From Eledone cirrhosa (lineage: Eukaryota): DNA of 64,000 nt. The number at the start of each line of letters is the position of its first letter. Position 1 is the first letter of the stretch. The stretch is from positions 193,130,001 to 193,194,000 of the forward strand of contig OZ024741.1 in the NCBI GenBank assembly GCA_964016885.1. The letters run 5' to 3'. A program made the translations under genes and the position numbers. Under the pieces are notes generated by a model. The model was not told the origin of the DNA. It was given only the letters and a program-made list of their open reading frames with translations, and searched no databases. Below, piece after piece: positions 56,506 through 64,000 of the stretch.

Positions 56506-56787
56506 AACGAGTAGGACACCGACGGCTGAGCTTCTCAGGGGGTAATTCCATATATGGTAAAAGTGATTGTGACAATCACTTTTACCATATATGGAATTAC
56601 CCCCTGAGAAGCTCGGCTATTCATGTACCAGGATAAACATTTTCATTTAGTCCAGAATTACCCGTCAAAACGGCTTGAGCTCAGCCGTCGGGGTCCTACT
56701 CGTTCCTATTACCCACTCTACTACCCTAAGTATTGAGTACTTTGGTGCGTTATGGTCCATCTGGTTCCTTATCATATTTCCTTCGTT
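56501..56787. mobile_element. Nested fold-back mini-element in (TA)n
   Basis: Inner palindrome about 56525-56617 (1-nt loop at 56571); outer arms 56501-56532 and 56678-56709; 78-nt tail shared with 27467-27570. Confidence 0.75.
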
Positions 56788-56811
56788 ATATATATATATA
56801 TATATATATAC

Positions 56812-58150
56812 CATCCGTTTCGGATAACATAAAAGTTAACATACTAATTGCAGATTTAAAAAGAGTGATGAGGAATGTACCCCGCGTGTCCCGCGTGTCC
56901 CGCGTGTCTCCCGTGTGCCGCGTGTCTCCCGTGTGCAATCCTAAAGAATTAGAGAGACACGTAGAACACTTCATCCACCACATGCAGTTATCTGGCTACA
57001 ATGAAAGAGACAAGATCAGGGTATATAAAGGAGCCAGAACCAATTGGGCAAATATTGTAGAAAATGATGCAAAATGGGACTTGCCCTATGTATAGGAGAA
57101 AATTTTGGAATAGAATAGAAAGAATTAAGAAAAAGACAAATAAAATCAACTCATCGAATGATAGCAATAAATACCAGAGTGTAATGCTTGTCAATACAAC
57201 CCCTAGAGGCGAACTAGCTTACAGATTTAGAAGGGCTCTAGACAAGCTGAAATTAAATATTAAGATAGTTGAAAGACCAGGTATTCCCATAAAAACCCTA
57301 ATAGTAAAACATATCCGTTTCAAAGATCCCCCTGTACTGATAGGAAATGTATAGTTTGCAAACTAACTGCAAAACTAGAAATGTAGTATATAGCATAACA
57401 TGTACTGAGGGACAGTGTAGGAATAAGAACACAACATACATAGGTAAAACAGCCTGTAGCATAGGAGAAAGGATAAGTGAACACTGCCGAGAACTCCAGG
57501 ATGGGAAAAACTCATCAGTACTCCACCAACATGCCAAAATGGTACATGGGACCACACTAGAGAACATAGAAATAAAGATCACATCCACACACAGGAACGA
57601 CGTAATGCTCAGACAAATTACAGAGGTGACAAACATAAACGAACTTCAACCAAAATTAAACAGAAAACATGAGTGGAATAGCAACATAATCACAATTAGT
57701 AATTAAGGACAAGATAAAGGTACACAGAGACACATATGAACCAAACAAATAAAACAAACCAAACACACAGAGATACAAAAAGCAGCCAGCTAGTGACAAG
57801 TAAATAAACGTATAATAAATAAATAAAAACACATATATCCGGATGTAACGCATGCACAACCCAAGTACACAGCACAGAGCACACAAACAAGATGGTGTAG
57901 GACAGAAAAAAGGAGAGATAAAAATAACCAACTAGTCACTGAGGAGGCTATAGAATGTGTGACGAAAGAGCTTTGACAATAAATGTACAACCATTTGGTT
58001 ATTAAACCAATCAACCGGAAAATTATAATAAATTGAAGGGAACTATAACAGGTCGTGTGTTTTTATTGGCATCATGACCCTCCCAAATTATAATATTGGT
58101 TTCAACACACGTTTTCAGATAAGAAACCTTGCAAAACAATTTCAAAAACG

Positions 58151-58152
<2 letters not shown>
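56812..58152 (+). mobile_element. Penelope-like element (second clade), 5'-truncated, (TA)n on both sides
   Basis: NCKTRNVVYSITC..TYIGKTACSIGERISEH..SSVLHQH (GIY-YIG); 10-bp tandem repeat at 56881-56935. Confidence 0.88.
57935..57977 (+). ncRNA. Minimal hammerhead motif, paralogue of 19661-19703
   Basis: GTCA-CTGAGGA-G..GAC-GAAA-GAGC-T-T-TGAC; stem II partly decayed. Confidence 0.65.
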
Positions 58153-58190
<38 letters not shown>

Positions 58191-58602
58191 TCACAAATAT
58201 CTCTCTATGTGTGTGTATATGTGTGTATGTATACATATAATATTTTTCTACTGTCTATCTATTTATTTAACATCAATTAACTGTCCCAAACTATCTATAA
58301 ATGTTCAACAATTATACACATTTGTATTTTAAGGTCAAAGTTTGTAAACAGCAGCCGTCTGCGTGTTTGTGTGTGTATATATATATATATATTCCGCTGG
58401 AGATACTAATGAAATTAACGCGTACTCGTCTATTTAAACATGGTTAACTCCCGTAAGAATTAATTAATTAGTGTTTCTCCAAGACTGTTTTATCAATGAG
58501 ACAGTGTATACAGCGATTTGGTGCACATCTTTAATACTTTATTCTTCAAAGTTATTTTACTCCATGTTAATCTATCTATCTAATATATATATATATGTAT
58601 AT

Positions 58603-58712
<110 letters not shown>

Positions 58713-58774
58713 GGATCTAGCTGTCGAAACGGCTCGATCTCAGCAGTCGAGGTCCTGACTCTTTTCTCTCTCTC

Positions 58775-58878
<104 letters not shown>

Positions 58879-59300
58879 ATGTAGGAGGTGAGTTTTATTG
58901 TAGTACAATAAAGCAATGCAGATATCGGATAAGAAGCACTCTACAGTTTGTAGGACTGGAGTATACATAATATATAAGATCAAAAGATGGTTAAAAGAGT
59001 TCCATGTATTTTATTATGCGCATTTCAAAAACAAATATCATCATGCAATAATATGTGTGTTTTCATCAGATAAAATAGGAAGACATGATATGAAGGTTAA
59101 AAAACACTTGTGAATAGTGCAGTTTTGAATCAACATATCAATATGTTGATTCAAAACTGCACTATCCACAAGTGTTTTTTAACCTTCATATCATGTCTTC
59201 CTATTTTATCTGATGAAAACACACATATTATTGCATGATGATATTTGTTTTTGAAATGCGCATAATAAAATACATGGAACTCTTTTAACCATCTTTTGAT

Positions 59301-59308
<8 letters not shown>
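58879..59308. mobile_element. Near-perfect fold-back mini-element (168-bp arms, 2-nt loop, about 90-nt tail on the left)
   Basis: 58971-59138 is the reverse complement of 59141-59308 with one mismatch seen; flanked by (TA)n. Confidence 0.88.
59202..59272 (+). ncRNA. Type I hammerhead ribozyme motif (mirror copy on the minus strand at 59007-59077)
   Basis: TATTTTAT-CTGATGA-AAACA..TGTTTTT-GAAA-TGCGCA-T-A-ATAAAATA; 8-bp stem I, palindromic stem III ATGCGCAT, AUA site at 59262-59264. Confidence 0.8.
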
Positions 59309-59351
<43 letters not shown>

Positions 59352-59742
59352 GGAGTGCGTTTATGTGTGCCTGTGCATTTATGTGCATGTATAGACAGAG
59401 AAAGAAAAAGTGTGCTAGTTTATTTACTGGTCGCTTCGTGTATGTATATATGTTTTTATTTCTTTGTGGAGGAACCAAGCAACATCATTAATCACTACTA
59501 AATACGAAGATACCCCAGGTGTAATTATCAGAATAAGATAATCCACGCCCATAGTTCGAATACCTACTACTTACAACACCTTCACAGAAGACACATTTTA
59601 GAGCTGATTATACTAACGCATAAGCTCTTTTAAATAACTTCACAAGGAATCACTACATTGATATTGAAGCCCATTTTGAAAAATGAAGGTAGGAGTGAGT
59701 TTATCGACATGATCCAGCATAGGAAGAGCTACCCCATACAAT

Positions 59743-59929
59743 AATTGTTTCTACTTCAGGCACAAGGCCAGCAATTACCCAGTACATTACTGGTACTTTA
59801 TTTTATCGACCCCGTAAGGATGAAAGGCAAAGTCAACCTCGGCAGGATTTGAACTCAGATCGTAAACGGACGTAACTATGCTGGAAAACATGGCGTCCGA
59901 CCCTCCACCGATACTGCCAATCCACCGCC
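59743..59929 (-). mobile_element. CORE-type SINE
   Basis: Reverse complement of the family consensus. Confidence 0.88.
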
Positions 59930-60148
59930 TTCAATAATATAATTCAACCGCTATCCCATACAATAATATAATTCAAAACCATGCAACGTATGTTTGACAG
60001 AAAAAACCGCCACACACGTGTATTTAACAGAATAACACTGAAACATAATTCATCGATTTATCGATATCACCTCATTGAGTGCTTTGTGCCAGCCCTAGAA
60101 GATTGATTCCGAAAAGCTAATCGCTACTGCAACTTCGATTTTACTGAC

Positions 60149-60212
<64 letters not shown>

Positions 60213-63200
60213 GGCGACCTACGTAGTAAATCGTATCATCGTGAGCTCCGCAAAGGTTTGTTATTTTCAGTTATTTAAAATTGCCATTTATGGAAAAAAA
60301 ATTTTGTTAACTGTATATAAGTGCACATACATTGATTTCTGAAAAGGACACTCAAAAATATTGGGGCCTTGAGCCCAAAATTTAAACTTTTTATAATTAT
60401 CAAACAAAACTTTTTCTTTGAAAAATCATGGATGTCTCAGTGTCACTCCTACCTCACAATCTAACACCTCACACCGACACCACCATTGTAAATATTGCTA
60501 CGTTTGCCAACACTGGAAATGTAAGCAGTAGCAATATTTTTAATTTGTCTCAGGCAGACGTTTATTTCCCGCCATTACCAATGACTGCGGGTGTTAAAGC
60601 CGCCACCACCACCCAACCACCACCACAGCGACAACAGAAACAAAAGAAAAAAATAAATTAACTCGTGATATCGAAATGAATTCAACCAAAATGAAGTCTT
60701 CCCCACCGAACACCACTGACGCCACCACCACCACAACTGAAACTAAAATTAACAATAGATAAAAAAAATATAACAACAACAGCAACAATGAAATTAAGAA
60801 AACTACCCTGAGTTTTGCCAGAGTAGCAAAAACGTGCGAAGCGATCCAAGTAACTCAGGAGGAAGTAGAGGAAGCCAAAGGAATGGTAAAGAAAGATGGG
60901 TACAGGGTCAGCTCCCCCCCCCCCCTCACACACACACACACACCTATTAAAATGGAGCAACATCGCTTATGCACCGTGTCTTATCGGACAATAAACATAA
61001 AATCGCGCCGAGTGGAACGGGCATCCGAGTCCCAAATACAAAAAGCTTTGGGACATGTGTGGGCAAAAAAACCCCACATCAGATGTGGGCAGTAGCATGG
61101 AACCGTGGACGTGTTCTTTGAAACACCACAGGAGGCCAGAGAACACTCCATGGCCCCATTAAGAAGTGACGACTTCACACTCGTCCCAAGCTATTGTGGC
61201 CAGAGATTTGTGAAGATCAGGGTGACCCACGTTCCACCGGCCATCGAAATTCCCTGGCTAATGGCTGCCGTCCTCACCGGCATCGAGGCCAACACCAAAA
61301 TAATAGAAATAGCAAAAGAAAAGCAGGAGAACTGGTCCGGATCTGGGATGGAGCTCCTGATCCAAGAGGACCATAAAAGCATTGAGAAGATCCCAGAGGT
61401 AATAGACCTCACTGACGGCAGCCACCTCACCGTAATCGTCGAGGGCAGAAGACCTAGGTGTGTCGTTTGTGGTGAAGGAACCCACCTAAGGGCTTTCTGC
61501 CCTCAGGCTAAAAGGATGAGGCCACCTCTCTTACCCACCCCAGTGACTCAACCATCAACACCACCAGCAGCAGAAATAGCAGCAACAACTGTAGCAGCAA
61601 CAACAGAAGCAACTGTAACAGCAACAACCCCAGCAACAGTAGCAAAACCAAAACCAACACCACCACCACCCAACGCGCCAGAACTAGCACCAGCGCCTAC
61701 GCCATCCACCACGCCACAACCAAAACCAACGCCTGTGGAGGATTTTCCACTCCCCGGCTTATCGGAACTGGAGTCAGATTGTGACGACGAGGAGTGGGAA
61801 ACGGTATCAGGAAAAAAAAAAAGAAACCAAAACAGAAAAAATTCTCTTCCTTCCCTCTCCAAAAACAAAATACAGAGGGAAACAAATAAATTAAGAAACA
61901 AAAAAGTTAGGACAGATATGCCACCATCCACACCAGCATCACCAACCCCATCATCACAAACACCGACACCATCACCATCATTAACCCCAACACCACCATC
62001 ACCAACACCACAAAAGTCACCAAAAAGCGTAACAGAAACAAACCCACAACAAACGCAAGCAAAACAAAACAACCAAAACGATACACATTACACTGCATTA
62101 AATTTGAACAACAACCAATTATTACACTACATGCAACACAACACCAGCATCACAGAAAAAGACTACACAACAACCCAAAAGTTCACACCACCTCCACACA
62201 TACAAATCACTCGCATCACACAGAAAACGTACACGACACTAATACAAAAATTCCCCAAAGACATCGGAAACTTCCGACAAACGCTCTCCAGGAGGATTTA
62301 TAAGGACATCCTTCCGGAGGAAGCCACAAGCAGTGAAAAGGATGGACAAACCGTCCTTCCTCTACGAGAAGTAAGGTAAGTGGTCTTTCCCATCTTTTCC
62401 ACTCCATTTCAACATGACCTCTCTCAGAATAGGCAGTATAAATGCGCGTGGCTTGGAGTCGTCATGGAAGCAGGGCCACCTGCTCAACGACGTCAGGTCA
62501 CTAAACATAGATGTAGTGGCCATCAGCGAGACCAGATTCTCCGAAGCACGGGCCTTCGCACCGATCTTCGGTGGCTACGATGTGTACGCATCTCCCAGCC
62601 GTCCGGGATCGGGGGAAGGAGTTGCTGTGCTTTTTCGGAGAGGTTTGGATCTCGCCATACGGGCCATCTTCCTGGACCCAGAAGGTAAGTTGGTGGTGCT
62701 AGACGTGACCAGCGGAGACGGGCAAGCTTTCAGGCTAGTTGCCGTTTATGCCCCGACAGGAGCAGGGCGTCCTGATTTCTTCCGGCGTCTGGAGACCTTT
62801 CTAGGAACGTCCCGCTCTTTAGTGTTAGTGGGCGACTGGAACGGGATCTTAGATGCACGCTGGGACTGTGTGGCATTAGCCGATAGGGGAGGAGGGTGCA
62901 AGAGCCTCACCAACCTGCTCAGGCGTTTTGAACTGTCTAACAGGTACCGATTGGATTTCCCGAATGTGCCAATGTGGACTTGGACAAATCGCATAGAGTC
63001 ATCCAGATCAAATCTAGATAGAGTAGTTTGTAGAGAAATAGTTAGGTCTAGAATAGGCTGTCCACAATTCAAGATAGTCAGCTACACGGACCACAAATTC
63101 GTGATCTGTGTGCTTGACTTAGATAGGCTTCATAGACGAGGACCCGGCTACTGGAAGCTAAACACGTCCTTACCAACGCGCAAGGCCTACAGAGACCGGA

Positions 63201-64000
63201 TTAGCGAACTAGTTAAGCGGGCGTTGACGGGGGCCATCGTCAACAACAAGTGGTGGTTTGCTCTGAAAAGAGCAATTAGAATAGAGCACAGTAAGGCTTT
63301 AGCAATAGAGAAAAATAGAGCAGAGGGAGAATTAGTTAGAAAATTAGACGAGGCGCTTTGCAAAGGTATCGCGACCGACGTACTTGCGGCGAAATTGGCC
63401 CTTGACCAATTCTTCAATGCAAAGCACGAAGGCTGCGTTGTCAGAGCTAGGGTACGTGCTCTCAGACACGAGGGGACGAAAGCCGTTCAATGGGCCCGAG
63501 TGGCGGAGGCGCGTCGTGGCAACAAAGCCACGATCCGGTCTTTGGTGGACCACGACGGGCGCATGCTACTCGATCCCAGGCAAATGTGTGAAGCTTTTCA
63601 GCGACACTTCGCTCAGTTGTTCGGGGGCAGCGGCGGGCCGGATCGAGGGATGGACTTTAGTGTCTACCTCGACGGACTGCCGCGGCTCTCGGCCACTGAG
63701 GTTGAGTGTTGCGAAGTACGGGAGGCAATGACTAGCTGCACAAGGGGTAAATCGCCTGGTTTGGATGGTCTGCCCTATGAACTTTACGTACAGAAGCCAG
63801 ACTTGTTCGGAGGCCTCTTGGTGGACGTCTACTGCAACTAGCAACAGAACGGGAGAATTCCCAGCTCTGTGAGCCGAGGATCTATGGCGCTGCTGAGAAA
63901 GGATCCGAACAAGGGGGATAACATAGATAATTTTAGGCCCATAACTCTGCTAAACACAGAGTTCAAGATTTTGGCCAAGGTGCTAACAAAGAGGTTGGCG
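60213..64000 (+). mobile_element. Tx1-like element beginning after (ATT)n; runs off the window
   Basis: ORF1 part 61105-62379 (CVVCGEGTHLRAFCP); ORF2 62414-63841 with APE motifs (GSINARGL, ISET, GDWN, LDR, TDH), then a premature stop and RT start. Confidence 0.92.

Noticed and set aside
62414-63841. Intact active ORF2
   Set aside because: Premature TAG at 63839-63841 and a short deletion near 63715; ORF1 also has upstream stops.

Overview
Eukaryotic, transposon-saturated genomic DNA. It is probably from a coleoid cephalopod such as Octopus; this is inferred from the CORE-type tRNA SINE and the dense (TA)n/(GA)n/(TAA)n microsatellites, not proven. No intact host protein-coding gene is supported. 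The window is a nest of decayed retroelements: R4/Dong-like elements (RT plus restriction-like endonuclease, at least 5 families), Tx1/L1-like elements (CCHC ORF1 plus APE-RT ORF2, 4 large copies and fragments), three kinds of Penelope-like elements (PLE, RT plus C-terminal GIY-YIG), an RTE fragment, many SINEs, a hAT MITE with an 8-bp TSD and a Helitron remnant. The most interesting layer is non-coding. (1) Many short fold-back insertions sit in (TA)n tracts with the architecture 'inverted tailless arm + direct arm + 40-100 nt tail', and most carry minimal hammerhead-ribozyme motifs from about 6 families, one with a recurrent U4A core. (2) A tRNA-headed short element shows the same PLE-type fold-back integration and is a candidate Penelope-mobilised SINE. 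(3) Dong-like and Tx1-like elements share (TAA)n/(ATT)n tracts in opposite orientations, and the dominant SINE tail resembles the Tx1 3' end. (4) A splice-donor consensus is conserved at the ORF1/ORF2 junction of all four Tx1 copies. Everything was read by eye, so element boundaries are approximate.
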